From Eledone cirrhosa (Eukaryota), in the NCBI GenBank assembly GCA_964016885.1, contig CAXHJY010000964.1:1-64000 (forward strand): DNA of 64,000 nt, given 5' to 3'. Under the pieces are notes generated by a model, which was given only the letters and a program-made list of their open reading frames with translations, had not been told where the DNA came from and ran no database searches. This document shows positions 27,145 through 42,083 of the stretch, piece after piece; position 1 is the first letter of the stretch; every line of letters begins with the position of its first letter. Position numbers and translations under genes: made by a program.

Positions 27145-28383
27145 TATTCAATTCTTTATCAATTTAGAATCTTTTCTCAAAGGCACATATACATACACCT
27201 CTTTAAAATATACCCATCTACCTTACTTTAAAGGGCATTATACACTCTATAATACTCGTTTACTCATTTCCCTCATCCTATCTTCTCGTAAAACAATAAC
27301 ATTTGTTTTTGACATTTTGAATATTCATCCGCAATCATTATTATTTTTTCCCTCTATCATAAATCTTTTTAATCTCAATTTCATCCTTAATTTATTATTA
27401 TATATTTTTTTTAATATATACTCATATATTCTTTAAAATATACCCATCTACCTTACTTTAAAGGGCATTATACACTCTATAATACCCGTTTACTCATCAC
27501 CCTCATTATATCTCCTCGTAAAACAATAACATTTGTTTTTGACATTTTGAGTATTCATCCGCAATCATTATTATTTTTTCTCTCTATCATAAATCTTTTT
27601 AATCTCAATTTCATCCTTAATTTATTATTATTTTTTTCTCCCCATCAACGAACTCATTATTAATACATATGAATTCAATATAAAAACTTTAACTTCACAT
27701 TATTTTTCTCAAATCCTTCTACACATAAACTTTTTCTCTTTGCTAATTTTAAAATTCCTACATTTCTCCTTTTGACGTTAGAATATTCACCCACAATTAT
27801 TATTTTTTTCTCTCTATCTCCATACATAATTTCCCTTCGTTATTTTTTTCTCTCTATCTCCATACATAATTTCCCTTCGTTAATTTTCAAATTCCTTTAA
27901 TTTATACATTATCTTCCAACGGTTCCCAACCTCTCTATATTAAAACATTATATCTTTTTCTCAGTTATAAAAACTATCTCTTTCTCTCTATCACCCATCT
28001 CTCCCTTTCCACCTTCACTCTCATCTCCTCCCCTTTTTTTCATCCTTTCCACCCCCACCCCTCCCTAAATATAATATATTTTTTCCTCGCACATATCCTC
28101 CCTTCGTTAATTTTCAAAATTTTTAATTTATACAGTATCTTCCAACGGTTTTCAACCCCTCTATATAAAATATATCTCCTCTCAGTTATAAAAACTATCT
28201 CTTTCTCTCTATCACCCATCTCTCCCTCTCATCTCCTTCCCTTTTCATCCTTTTCTCTCCCCCCCTCTCTAAATAAAATATTTTTCCCAATATCACACAT
28301 CAATCTAAAACCACTTTTCATATGTTGATTTAAAATTGCACTATCAACAAGTGTTTTTTTAGCCTTCATATCATGTTCTCCTG

Positions 28384-28450
28384 TTTTATCTGATGAAAAC
28401 ACAAATATTATTGTTTGATGATGTTTGTTTTTGAAATGCGCATAATAAAA
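28384..28450 (+). ncRNA. Type-I hammerhead, family E (mirror copy 23482-23548 and third copy 61145-61211, both minus)
   Basis: ttttat CTGATGA [long stem II with GU pairs] GAAA tgcgca TA ataaaa; palindromic stem III. Confidence 0.85.
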
Positions 28451-28577
28451 TATATTGAACTCCTTTAACCATCTTTTGATCTTATATTATGCATACTCCA
28501 GTCCCACAAACTGTAGAGTGCTTCTTATCCGATATCTGCATTGCTTTATTGTACTACAATAAAACTCACCTCCTACA

Positions 28578-28800
28578 TATATTATATATATATATATATA
28601 TTATATATAATAAATTAAATATAAATATATATATTATATATATATATATTATATATATATATATATTATATATATATATTATATATATATATATATTATA
28701 TATATATTATATTTATATTATATATATATATATATTATATATATTATATATTATATATATATTATATATATATATATTATATATATATATTATATATATC

Positions 28801-28833
<33 letters not shown>

Positions 28834-28897
28834 AATATATATATATATTATATATATATATATATTATATTTTATATATATATATATATTATATATA
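28578..28897. repeat. (TA)n array, TT-interrupted
   Basis: Direct reading. Confidence 0.9.
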
Positions 28898-29084
28898 ACG
28901 AAGGAAATCTGGTAAGGAACCAGGTGGACCATAACGCACCAAAGTACTCAATACTTGGGGTAGTAGAGTGGGTAATAGGAACCAGTAAGTCCTCGACGGC
29001 TGAGCTCAAGCCGTTTCGACGGATAATTCAGAATTAGCCGTCGAAACGGCTTGAGCTCAGCCGTCGGAGTCTTACCGGTTCCTA
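28898..29084 (-). mobile_element. Family D mini-element, copy 2
   Basis: Reverse-complement homolog of 23109-23298; hairpin centred at 29030. Confidence 0.7.
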
Positions 29085-29087
29085 TAT

Positions 29088-29119
<32 letters not shown>

Positions 29120-30061
29120 ATATTATATATATATATATATTATATATACACAGTTCAAGAGTAACCAATCTTAAAGAGAGAGATGGAGATAGGAGAGGAG
29201 ATATGAGAGGAGACATTGGTGAATTAGTTAGAAGCCAAAGTGTAAAGGCATGTGCTCAATGTGCAATATGCAGTAGAAAGCAGCTAGGTGGCTGGGTTCA
29301 TGCGGAAGTTAGGTGCACAGAGCTGGAAATATTCATTAGTTAACCAAAGCAAGACTACAAATTTCACAAGGAAGATATTATTAAAAGATTGTCAATATAT
29401 TTTAGTTTGATGTAAGGAATGTAGAGAATAATAATAATAATATTAATAATAATAATGTCCGTTTACAATTGTTTCGCTACTCCATATAATATTTCTGGAT
29501 CAGATGACTATATATCATAATTGATCTGGTTCAGTTGAAAATAATTAACATACTTAAAAGACAGAGAGGCTCATCGGAACTTCAAAGGAATATAAATTAA
29601 AATAATGAGAGAATGTTACATAATATAATGTTCTATATATTGGTTTTTACTATGGTGTCTTGGTTGCATCAGTTGTCAGCCATAATCAAGCAGTATTCAA
29701 CTGTCGAGGCTGCATTGTGTGAGATCTGCCTATGGGTAAGAAGATGGCTGCCAAAGGGCATATTTACCTTACTAATTAGAGGGTGGTTTCAGGGGAAGTT
29801 ATTCCTCGAGAGACTAGAAATTATGGGTGTTTATAGTTAAGTGCTAATTTTTAAATGTTTTTAATTGAGAGACAATGTAGGGGAGGTAACTTATAATTAT
29901 CTAAGTTGTTCATAGCGATTTAACTTATTAGCTACAAGTAAAAGTGGGGCTACATGACTAAGTTGGGTCAAATATTCTATTGGCGAAGGAATTAGCCCTT
30001 CGATGTTGACAGCTAATAGTTACCTCCGTTCTATTGTTAATCGGTAGAGGTCGTGATAGAA

Positions 30062-30666
30062 GATCTCGCCATTGTTTATTTAATGAACACTGGCGAGACC
30101 TTCAAGATTGTAAAGAATCATCTGTACTCTACCAACATGTTAAAATAGAACATAAGGATAAATTAGAGAACATAGAAATAAAAATAGAATCTACTCACAG
30201 AAAAGACGCAATGTTTAGACAAATCACAGAGGCAATAAACATAAATGAACTCCAACCAAAATTAAATAGAAAACATGAGTGGAACAGCAACATCACAACT
30301 TACAATTAAGGACAAAATGAAAACACACACGCACATAGAACAAACAACCAACCAGTAACATGTAAATAAACAAATAAATAAACAAATATAAACACACACA
30401 GACACACGGATGTAACACATGCGCAAACTAAGCACACAACACACGCACAAAAACAAGATGGCGTAAGGCAGAACAAAGGAGAGGCACAAAAACAAAGAAA
30501 AGAATCCCCAGTCACTGAAGAGGTCACAGAATGTGTGACGAAAGAATTTTGACAATATATAAACAATCATCTGGTTGTGGAACCAACCAACCAACCGGAA
30601 ATTTATAAATTCCTAAATTTATAAATTTATTATAATAAATTGAAGTGAAAGCAACTGGTGCGTGTG
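30062..30666 (+). mobile_element. PLE family A-related (A') 3' fragment: GIY-YIG end plus pLTR with HHR at 30510-30553
   Basis: NEHWRDLQDCKESSVLYQH..LNRKHEWNSNITTYN. Tiny 5' inversion at 30062-30080. Confidence 0.85.
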
Positions 30667-30718
30667 TTTTTTTTATTATATATATATATATATTATATAT
30701 ATATATATATTATATGTA

Positions 30719-30812
<94 letters not shown>

Positions 30813-30892
30813 ATATTATATATATATATATATTATATATATATATATTATATATATATATTATATATATATATTATATATATATTATATAT

Positions 30893-32385
30893 AGAAGTGG
30901 TTACACAACAGTTAGTTCACCATACCGAGAACAATTGTTTCACATTCGCGGATCTTCAGCTCGGGATGTATATGGTTATAGGAACAGGAAGGACAACCGT
31001 AGGAACGCGCATGCGCAGAAACTCAGTCACTTCACACAGGCAATACTAGACTGCGTGCGGCAGGTGTAAGGGAGATAACTGCGAAAGTCCGGAAAGTTTT
31101 TAGGTACCAACCTCTCTAGCGTAGATTTCTTAGACATTAATTTAGACCTTCGCACACACACCCACAGACCCTTCCATAAGCTAAACGAGAAACTTAATTA
31201 CATTCACAAGGACTCATGCCACTGTTTTTAGAAACTTCGTTAAGAATATCAGTACTAGAATCTCAAACCTCTCCTCTAATAAGGCTATCTTTGACAGGGA
31301 GGCACCCTACTATACCATGGCGTTGGCTAACAGTGGCTTCTCACAACCTATCAGCTACTCTCCCACTAGCAACAACACCATTAAGAAAAAGAAGCGCATC
31401 AATAGACAAACTATCTTGTTCTCTCCTCCCTTCTTAATCAACGTTATAACCAATGTAGGAAAAAGATTTCTAGCCCTCTTAGATAGACACTTACCCATAG
31501 GTCATAAATACCGCTCCATCTTTAACCGACACAAAGTTAAACTAGGATACTCCTGCGCTAAGAACATGAAGGCCCACATCACCAGCAGCCCTAGGAGCAA
31601 CACCCCACCAGGGTGCTCTTGCCGTAAGCCTGAAGCTTGCCCCCTTCAACAGCAATGCAACCCACCAGCTGTAATCTATGAAGCTGTGGTCACTTCCAAC
31701 CGACTAAACGAATCACAGGAGGTCAAATCCTATTTGGGCATGGCGGAGGGCCGATTCAAGGAGCGTTTCCTAAACTACCAGTCTACCTTCAGATACCCGG
31801 ACAGACGTTCATCCACGAAACTCGCGAGTCACGTATGGTCCCTCAAGGACTAAAGTATAGGCTACTCCATTCAATGGAAAGCCATCACTAAGTCCAAGCC
31901 ATACGCAAGGGGAAATCCGACGTGTGGCTTATGTATTGACGAAAGAATAACTATCCTAAAGAGATTACGCAATAGTGATTGCCTAAACACGAGAAGTGAA
32001 TTTTTCACACGTTGTCCACACGTCACCAAACATCTATTGAATAACTACAAGGCTCCGGACTGATTCTTTGTAATTTTATTTTTAATTCTTTTTATTTTAT
32101 TTTCAACCTAAAAACTTTCCGGACTTTCGCAGTTATCTCGCTTACACCTCCCGCACGCAGTCTAGTATTGCCTGTGTGAAATGACCGAGTTTCTGCGCAT
32201 GCGCGTTCGTACGGTTGTCCTTCCTGTCTCTATAACCATACACATCCCGAGCTGAAGATCCGCGAAGATGAAACAATTGTTCTCGGCATGGTGAACTAAC
32301 TGTTGTGTAACCACTTCTTCCTAACTCGTCCCAAGGACTGCGTGCTCTGCCACTACGAATATTACCTTCCAGTGTTCCACCACTA
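30893..32385 (+). mobile_element. PLE family C, 5'-truncated, with inverted pLTR 30893-31110
   Basis: Decayed ORF 31110-32062 (FLDINLDL, FSPPF, CSCRKPEACPL, YLGMAEGRFKERF). HHRs at 30925-30964 (-) and 32247-32286 (+). Confidence 0.88.
32247..32286 (+). ncRNA. Type-I hammerhead, family C
   Basis: ccgag CTGAAGA tccgcgaagat GAAA caattg TT ctcgg; palindromic stem III. Confidence 0.8.
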
Positions 32386-32452
32386 TATTATATATATATT
32401 ATATATATATATATATTATACATACATATATTATATATATATATATTATACA

Positions 32453-32484
<32 letters not shown>

Positions 32485-32488
32485 TATT

Positions 32489-32790
32489 GGAACACTCGAC
32501 GAAGTGCTCAGGTTGGTTTGGTTACTCCGGGGTAATGTAAAATAAAATAAAATAAGTCAAATTTTTAAAATTTAGCTTCGTTTATTACTGCTATATATAT
32601 TTCGGTGACAGCCATCTTTGGCTGTGACCTCTTCAGGCAGTCCGAATTAGTGTGGTATAGACAAGTACATATGTTGTTGAGGTGTATAACTTTGTCAATA
32701 CTCTGATATGCCCAGTTCCTGTCACCGAAATATATATAGCAGTAATAAACGAAGCTAAATTTTAAACATTTGACTTATTTATTTTATTTT
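32489..32790 (-). mobile_element. PLE family B solo pLTR with short inverted segment (32720-32790)
   Basis: Homologous to 4208-4461. The inverted piece starts inside HHR stem II. Confidence 0.8.
32587..32641 (-). ncRNA. Type-I hammerhead, family B, with (UA)n stem III
   Basis: actgc CTGAAGA ggtcacagcc-aaagat-ggctgtcacc GAAA tatata TA gcagt. Confidence 0.85.
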
Positions 32791-32850
32791 ATATTATATA
32801 TATATATATTATATATATTATATATATTTATTATATATATTATATATATT

Positions 32851-32953
<103 letters not shown>

Positions 32954-33049
32954 TATATATATATATTATATATATATATATTATATTATATATATATATA
33001 TATTATATATATATATATATTAAATATATATATTTATATCATATATATA

Positions 33050-33092
<43 letters not shown>

Positions 33093-33117
33093 TATATATA
33101 TATATATATTATAAACA

Positions 33118-33401
33118 TTTGTTTGTTCTGCCCCTCTGTTTTGTTCCCTTTCAATGTTTCCTTATATATGTGTATATGTATGTGTGTGTGTGTATATATA
33201 TATATATGTGTATATATGTATGTGTATGTGTGTGTGCGTGTGTGTGTGTATGTGTATATGTATATATATTTTTTATATGTGTATATGTGTATATATATGT
33301 GTATATATGTATATATATATATATATGTATGTGTATGTGCATGTGTATATATATGTATATGTATATGTATGTATATATATGTATATATGTATATATATAT
33401 G

Positions 33402-33432
<31 letters not shown>

Positions 33433-34188
33433 ACATATATGTGTGTATGTATGCGTGTGTATGTATGTGTGTGTGTGTATGTGTATATTTATATATATAA
33501 ATATATATACTTATATGTGTGTCTGTGTATATGTGTGTCTGTGTATGTGCGTTTATGGGTGCGCGCGAGTGTGTGAGTGAGTATGTCTTGTGAATGTGTC
33601 TGTGGTTTTTTGGCATATAGTTGAATAGTTTAAGAGTAATTTGAGGATAATTGTAAGATATGCACTTAATATTCTGAATTTGTCTACAGAATTCTCTAAA
33701 CCTTTGTCACTTAGTAGAACCTTAATGATTTTAGCTTTTAAAGAATCTCCCTTTCCTTTAAATCTATCTACCATGACTGACCCCCCACTGATCTTATAGA
33801 CACCTGTTAGCTTAAGAGAAACTTAATAATAAGGAATCGCATGCCATCCTGAACCTGTTTATAGAATTCTGTCTGCCTTTGTTACTCTAAAAACAAAAAT
33901 AAATAAAAATTAAAAATAAAAATAAACTATAGCTTTGTAGAATTAGCTTTTAATGAATTCCTTTTTCTATCAACCAATGACCTACACCCATCCCACTCCC
34001 TACCCTCTCCTTCCACTTGTATAAATACCATACTTATTTTTTGATACCCAGATTCCTGATGATTTCTAAAGAATGAAACAGTTCTAGTTCTGTAGAATCT
34101 CACCTATATTAAAACTTTTATACTCTGCAATGTATTGAGTACCTTACTTACTGTGGTTACCTCCGATTCAACCCGGAATAACGTACCG
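33118..34188 (+). mobile_element. Family M unit, copy 2 (microsatellite-rich UTR plus pLTR, HHR 34050-34100)
   Basis: agattc CTGATGA..GAAA cagttctagttctg TA gaatct; homologous to 21518-22136. Confidence 0.75.
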
Positions 34189-34306
<118 letters not shown>

Positions 34307-35776
34307 TTATATTATATATATATATATATATATATACAATATTAAATAAATGGAAACTATATTTATAAAACCATATTTATTTCATTATATATATTTCAGG
34401 GATATCATATTAACAATATGCTATGCCTTCCTCAGACAAAATACAATATAAACAGTTTTATAGATAAATAGATTCGACATACCGTAACAACATCGACTTG
34501 TATTTGAAAAGGTTGATTTGGCAGTGAAAAAATTGTACACAGAGAGAAATAAAGAGAGAAAAAAAGAAAGAAAGACAGAAAACGAAGAAAAAGAAGAAAA
34601 AGAAGAAATGCATGGAACAAAATAGAGAGATGGAAAGATAGATAAAGAGTAGAACTTCATGTAAAGAAACAGAAAGAGATATATATATAGAGAGAGAGAG
34701 GAAATAGAGATAGATACATATATATAGAAAATTAGGTAGTGGGACGTCTGTTGAGTAAACGTATCAATGATACATTTATTTATTTATTTAGCTCTAGTAT
34801 TAATGTAAGGGAGATATATACAGAGAGAAAAAATATAGAGAGAGAAAAAATTTAAAAATAACCAGATATAGGCGAGGCGTAAAAAACCCTATGTTTTAAT
34901 GTAGAGGTATTAGTATTTATAAAAACCAGCCACTATATTGTAAATATCAGTATTCCTGAATGAGACAAGTATCCATAATGTGTGAAAATTAATGATCTTA
35001 TGTTTAGTTTTTTTAAAAAATTCATATGTTTATGTGATAGCTACAAACATCCATGTGAATCCACATAATCAACTCTGCAAACCCTAAGTTCACGGAAAAC
35101 ATTCTCAATGTGGTATAAAAATTTAAGTATACATATATGTGTATTACTATTCCTGTCTTTACTCTACAAGATTATCTATCAAGCAGAAATAGAGAGCAGA
35201 TTTCAATATACTAATAAAAATATATATCAGAAACAAAACTAAAAATAACAATAATAATAATAAGTAATAATAAAATGGAAAACTAAAAAATATTACGAAA
35301 GAATATTACATATTAAAAATATTACATATTAAAAAATTTACATATTAAAAATATTAAAAATATTAAAAATAAAAATAAAAATTAAAATATTAGAAAATAC
35401 TACAATAATAAAAATAAAAATAAACCACAAAGATCAACCCTTCAAAATTAATTGACAATATATTGCCAAGTTCATTATAAGCATCAGAGTCGAAAAACAG
35501 ATAAAGCCAAAAATGATCTATCAAATCACATCTAGCAAAGATCATTTCAAAAAGTTTAGGATGCCCAATTTGGTCTACATGTGTTCTTATATTTAATATA
35601 GAAGTTTATCTAGTGTAACGTTTATTCGAAATATTTGGAGCATCAGCTTTTAGGGTAGCTTAATTTTTCATGAGGAATGCTTAAATAAAAATAAAATAAA
35701 AATAAAAAGAATAAAAAGAAGGAATCAAAGATTTATCGGCTAGTTTCCCATATAATTATAAATCAAACTAAATATA

Positions 35777-37996
35777 CTACATTTTAAATTTAAATTTATA
35801 TTTAAACGTTGAGTTTAATCTATGTTTGCAACAACTGAATAAATTTGTCCGTAGATTAAGGGAATTTTTAGATTTTAGTATAAAGAATATCTCCTCTGCG
35901 CAGAGGTCACATGTCTCAGAGGATGAATTAAAAGGAATCCCTCTTGAGACTATATTCCAAGCCGTCGAATATCTAACGTTATCTAGCTTAAGTTGCCAGA
36001 GTACGCCTGATAGTGCCGTTGAAGATTTTTTGCTTGGATCTGTGAAAGAATTCTTGTGGTTATTATAGCGAAGTTTAAATTCCGTCGATGTGGAACCGAC
36101 GTAGTTAAAAGAATTAGAGTCAGTATTAACATTACAATTGTATACTATATTTTTAAATAAGCAGTTGTTATTTAACGGACATTTAGATCTATCTCTACAG
36201 TTACATTTGTTAACTTGTATATTATTTATGCTATTATCACTAGGTTTTAAGTTCCTATTATTTATTCTATTAATATTTTGTGCTAAATTTTTGGTGGATG
36301 AGTAGGTTAATTTTATTGTATGTCTATTGAAAATTGAGTGATACCTATGTGTTCTAGGGAAGCTATTATCAAGAGCTTTGAAAAATAGTTTAGCGATGTG
36401 GGTTTTAATGTTTAGTGAGAAAGGGGTGGGGGGGGGCAAACCAAATTATGTTCCTAGTTCTATTTCTTTTTTGGCCTTTGGAATTATTGTAATGCTTTCT
36501 ATTATAGTTGTTAAGGTTGTTGCCGTAATTAAAAAAGTTGTTACTTTGTTTAGTTTGTCTATCATTATCTATGTACACAATCTTATCAGCATATCCTGCT
36601 CTAGCTAATGCTTCATTATAGTATTGGGCTTTTTCGTCGAAAATCTTTCTATTCGACGAGATCCTAGAGATACGTTTTTGAACAGAGTTTACTATAGTGT
36701 TTTTGACAGATCTGGGGTGGTTAGAGTTAGAGTTGACATAGTTTAAGTTTTCATTCAACTTGTGAAAAGGATAGTGAAGACATGTGTTGAGATTTAATGT
36801 TATATCTAGGAAATTGACTATTCTATGGTTGTTCTCAATTTCTATTTTAAGATTAAAGTAATTAAAAATTGTGTAATTTGTTTACATTTTCTATTTAGTT
36901 CAGAGTTATTATTATCAATAAGTAAAAGCATGTCATCTCTATATAAACCTCCGGTAGTACCAGGTATTTTCCTATGTAGCGAATTGATTAAAAATAAGCC
37001 CACAAGGTCAGTTACCTGAGCTGAGTCGGATGATCCCATAGTTATGTCAAAATTGCTATCTCTATCTGCTCTGGTCCATAGTTGGTCATTAAATTCTATC
37101 AAAGTTTTCCTAGCCGATAATATAATATGCATTTCATTGCTAGTTAGATCAGTATGTTTGAATGCGTAATTTAGTGCCTTATTTAGTAGATTAGGGGTAA
37201 TAGAAGAATAATAGTTAGCTATATCAAGTTGAATAAACTTATTATTATTGTTATATTTAATTTGCTTAAACCACTCAACAACCTCTCCAGTTCCCTTCCA
37301 CAAGCTCAGGTTAGATAAACAATCCAAGTTCTTAATTTGCTGTATCACCCTGTCAAGAATGTTTTTGCTTAATTTGCCCAGGTCCGATTTTGATGGTGCG
37401 ATCAATCTAACTGGCAGGTCATTTTCAAAATTCCTCTTGTGATCTTTCATATTGATCTTCGGTTTCCTGGGCACGAAAGGTTGTGTTCTGTTCTCAATTT
37501 CCAACTCGTGCATTATACAAGATGCTTCGACATTCATTTTCTCAAGTTCGGCCTTATCTGCTACCTTGTACTTTTTCCTCAGCTCTTTCAGTATGAGGCC
37601 ATTATACATGTCTTTCTGCACTCCATAGAGGTTGTTGGTCTTGTCAGATTTCACCAAGATCTTCTCAGTTTTCTCTAAGCTCTCAATGTTATCCTTAATG
37701 CCTTTCAGATATTCCTGGCCTTTGAAGTTTCTCTTGAATTTGACCCCTTGTATGATAGAAATTATATCGTTGTCAAAGTCAGATAAAAGTTTGTTATGGG
37801 GTGGATTTCTTTTAGATTTGAAAACTTTGTTTAAGTCCGAGACATTTTCGTTTGTATTAGATTTATCAAAGTGGAATGCTCGCCACCTGATTCTCCTTAT
37901 AAAAGAGTCAGATTTATCTATTAATTGTTTTATAAAGTCTTTGTTTCTAGGTAGAGGTATGTCTTTTAAAGAGGAAGTAATCTTAAAGAATTCCAT
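35777..37996 (-). pseudogene. Family F RT/GIY-YIG, left copy, frameshifts in homopolymers (~36866, ~36430)
   Basis: ORFs 36842-37996, 36405-36758 and 35777-36439 are consecutive parts. SLKDIP, KSDKTNN, GLYRDD, YVGST..FKLRY. Confidence 0.92.
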
Positions 37997-38502
37997 TTTT
38001 CCAGTTATAATATAAAGCGCTCAACAGTATTGGAGCAAGATACATGGAAAGTTATATTTAAATTGTTGGGTTACAACTAGTAAATATTTATAACTGATAT
38101 AAAAGCACTCGACAAATATTTGGAATATATTTACAATATTAAATAAATGGAAACTATATTTATAAAACCATATTTATTTCATTATATATATTTTTCAGGT
38201 ACAAGTCGATGTTGTTACGGTATGTCGAATCTATTTATCTATAAAACTGTTTATATTGTATTTTGTCTGAGGAAGGCATAGCATATTGTTAATATGATAT
38301 CCCTGAAATATATATAATGAAATAAATATGGTTTTATAAATATAGTTTCCATTTATTTAATATTGTAAATATACTCCAAATATTTGTCGAGTGCTTTTAT
38401 ATCAGTTATAAATATTTATTAGTTGTAACCCAACAATTTAAATATAACTTTCCATGTATCTTGCTCCAATACTGTTGAGCGCTTTATATTATAACTGGAA
38501 AA

Positions 38503-40723
38503 ATGGAATTCTTTATGATTACTTCCTCTTTAAAAGACATACCTCTACCTAGAAACAAAGACTTTATAAAACAATTAATAGAAAAATCTGACTCTTTTAT
38601 AAGGAGAATCAGGTGGCGAGCATTCCACTTTGATAAATTTAATACAAACGAAAATGTCTCGGACTTAAACAAAGTTTTCAAATCTAAAAGAAATCCACCC
38701 CATAACAAACTTTTATCTGACTTTGAAAACGATATAATTTCTATCATACAAGGGGTCAAATTCAAGAGAAACTTCAAAGGCCAGGAATATCTGAAAGGCA
38801 TTAAGGATAACATTGAGAGCTTAGAGAAAACTGAGAAGATCTTGGTGAAATCTGACAAGACCAACAACCTCTATGGAGTGCAGAAAGACATGTATAATGG
38901 CCTCATACTGAAAGAGCTGAGGAAAAAGTACAAGGTAGCAGATAAGGCCGAACTTGAGAAAATGAATGTCGAAGCATCTTGTATAATGCACGAGTTGGAA
39001 ATTGAGAACAGAACACAACCTTTCGTGCCCAGGAAACCGAAGATCAATATGAAAGATCACAAGAGGAATTTTGAAAATGACCTGCCAGTTAGATTGATCG
39101 CACCATCAAAATCGGACCTGGGCAAATTAAGCAAAAACATTCTTGACAGGGTGATACAGCAAATTAAGAACTTGGATTGTTTATCTAACCTGAGCTTGTG
39201 GAAGGGAACTGGAGAGGTTGTTGAGTGGTTTAAGCAAATTAAATATAACAATAATAATAAGTTTATTCAACTTGATATAGCTAACTATTATTCTTCTATT
39301 ACCCCTAATCTACTAAATAAGGCACTAAATTACGCATTCAAACATACTGACCTAACTAGCAATGAAATGCATATTATATTATCGCCTAGGAAAACTTTGA
39401 TAGAATTTAATGACCAACTATGGACCAGAGCAGATAGAGATAGCAATTTTGACATAACTATGGGATCATCCGACTCAGCTCAGGTAACTGACCTTGTGGG
39501 ATTATTTTTAATCAATTCGCTACATAGGAAAATACCTGGTACTACCGGAGGTTTATATAGAGATGACATGCTTTTACTTATTGATAATAATAACTCTGAA
39601 CTAAATAGAAAATGTAAACAAATTACACAATTTTTTAATTACTTTAATCTTAAAATAGAAATTGAGAACTACCATAGAATAGTCAATTTCCTAGATATAA
39701 CATTAAATCTCAACACATGTCTTCACTATCCTTTTCACAAGTTGAATGAAAACTTAAACTATGTCAACTCTAACTCTAACCACCCCAGATCTGTCAAAAA
39801 CACTATAGTAAACTCTGTTCAAAAACGTATCTCTAGGATCTCGTCGAATAGAAAGATTTTCGACGAAAAAGCCCAATACTATAATGAAGCATTAGCTAGA
39901 GCAGGATATGCTGATAAGATTGTGTACATAGATAATGATAGACAAACTAAACAAAGTAACAACTTTTTTTAATTACGGCAACAACCTTAACAACTATAAT
40001 AGAAAGCATTACAATAATTCCAAAGGCCAAAAAAGAAATAGAACTAGGAACATAATTTGGTTCCCCCCCCCCCCCCCCTTTCTCACTAAACATTAAAACA
40101 CACATCGCTAAACTATTTTTCAAAGCTCTTGATAATCGCTTCCCTAGAACACATAGGTATCACTCAATTTTCAATAGACATACAATAAAATTAACCTACT
40201 CATCCACCAAAAATTTAGCACAAAATATTAATAGAATAAATAATAGGAACTTAAAACCTAGTGATAATAGCATAAATAATATACAAGTTAACAAATGTAA
40301 CTGTAGAGATAGATCTAAATGTCCGTTAAATAACAACTGCTTAGTTAAAAATATAGTAAACAATTGTAATGTTAATACTGACTCTAATTCTTTTAACTAC
40401 GTCGGTTCCACATCGACGGAATTTAAACTTTGCTATAATAACCACAAGAATTCTTTCACAGATCCAAGCAAAAAATCTTCAACGGCACTATCAGGCGTAC
40501 TCAGGCAACTTAAGCTAGATAACGTTAGATATTCGACGGCTTGGAATATAGTCTCAAGGGGGATTCCTTTTAATTCATCCTCTGAGACATGTGACCTCTG
40601 CGCAGAGGAGATATTCTTTATACTAAAATCTAAAAATTCCCTTAATCTACGGACAAATTTATTCAGTTGTTGCAAACATAGATTAAACTCAACGTTTAAA
40701 TATAAATTTAAATTTAAAATGTA
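38503..40723 (+). pseudogene. Family F RT/GIY-YIG, right copy, frameshifts at poly-T 39964-39970 and poly-C ~40063-40078
   Basis: 489-aa ORF followed by GIY-YIG coding sequence matching the left copy. Confidence 0.92.
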
Positions 40724-42083
40724 GTATATTTAGTTTGATTTATAATTATATGGGAAACTAGCCGATAAATCTTTGATTCCTTCTTTTTATTCTTTTTATT
40801 TTTATTTTATTTTTATTTAAGCATTCCTCATGAAAAATTAAGCTACCCTAAAAGCTGATGCTCCAAATATTTCGAATAAACGTTACACTAGATAAACTTC
40901 TATATTAAATATAAGAACACATGTAGACCAAATTGGGCATCCTAAACTTTTTGAAATGATCTTTGCTAGATGTGATTTGATAGATAATTTTTGGCTTTAT
41001 CTGTTTTTCGACTCTGATGCTTATAATGAACTTGGCAATATATTGTCAATTAATTTTGAAGGGTTGATCTTTGTGGTTTATTTTTATTTTTATTATTGTA
41101 GTATTTTCTAATATTTTAATTTTTATTTTTATTTTTAATATTTTTAATATTTTTAATATGTAAATTTTTTAATATGTAATATTTTTAATATGTAATATTC
41201 TTTCGTAATATTTTTTTAGTTTTCTATTTTATTATTACTTATTATTATTATTGTTATTTTTAGTTTTGTTTCTGATATATATTTTTATTAGTATATTGAA
41301 ATCTGCTCTCTATTTCTGCTTGATAGATAATCTTGTAGAGTAAAGACAGGAATAGTAATACACATATATGTATACTTAAATTTTTATACCACATTGAGAA
41401 TGTTTTCCGTGAACTTAGGGTTTGCAGAGTTGATCATGTGGATTCACATGGATGTTTGTAGCTATCACATAAACATATGAATTTTTTTAAAAAACTAAAC
41501 ATAAGATCATTAATTTTCACACATTATGGATACTTGTCTCATTCAGGAATACTGATATTTACAATATAGTGGCTGGTTTTTATAAATACTAATACCTCTA
41601 CATTAAAACATAGGGTTTTTTACGCCTCGCCTATATCTGGTTATTTTTAAATTTTTTCTCTCTCTATATTTTTTCTCTCTCTATATTTTTTCTCTCTATA
41701 TATATCTCCCTTACATTAATACTAGAGCTAAATAAATAAATAAATAAATAAATGTATCATTGATACGTTTACTCAACAGACGTCCCACTACCTAATTTTC
41801 TATATATATGTATCTATCTCTATTTCCTCTCTCTCTCTATATATATATCTCTTTCTGTTTCTTTACATGAAGTTCTTCTCTTTATCTATCTTTCCATCTC
41901 TCTATTTTGTTCCATGCATTTCTTCTTTTTCTTCTTTTTCTTCGTTTTCTGTCTTTCTTTCTTTTTTTCTCTCTTTCTTTCTCTCTGTGTACAATTTTTT
42001 CACTGCCAAATCAACCTTTTCAAATACAAGTCGATGTTGTTACGGTATGTCGAATCTATTTATCTATAAAACTGTTTATATTG

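Larger units (their letters stand above)
23450..28577 (+). mobile_element. PLE family E, 5'-truncated, with 1.56-kb inverted 3' copy (23450-25012 vs 26922-28482)
   Basis: Near-perfect reverse-complement arms. TA flanks. The 3' UTR has internal tandem duplications. Confidence 0.93.

Noticed and set aside
23450-28482. DNA transposon with long TIRs
   Set aside because: The arms include the ORF 3' end and the HHR; the protein is a PLE RT/GIY-YIG, not a transposase.
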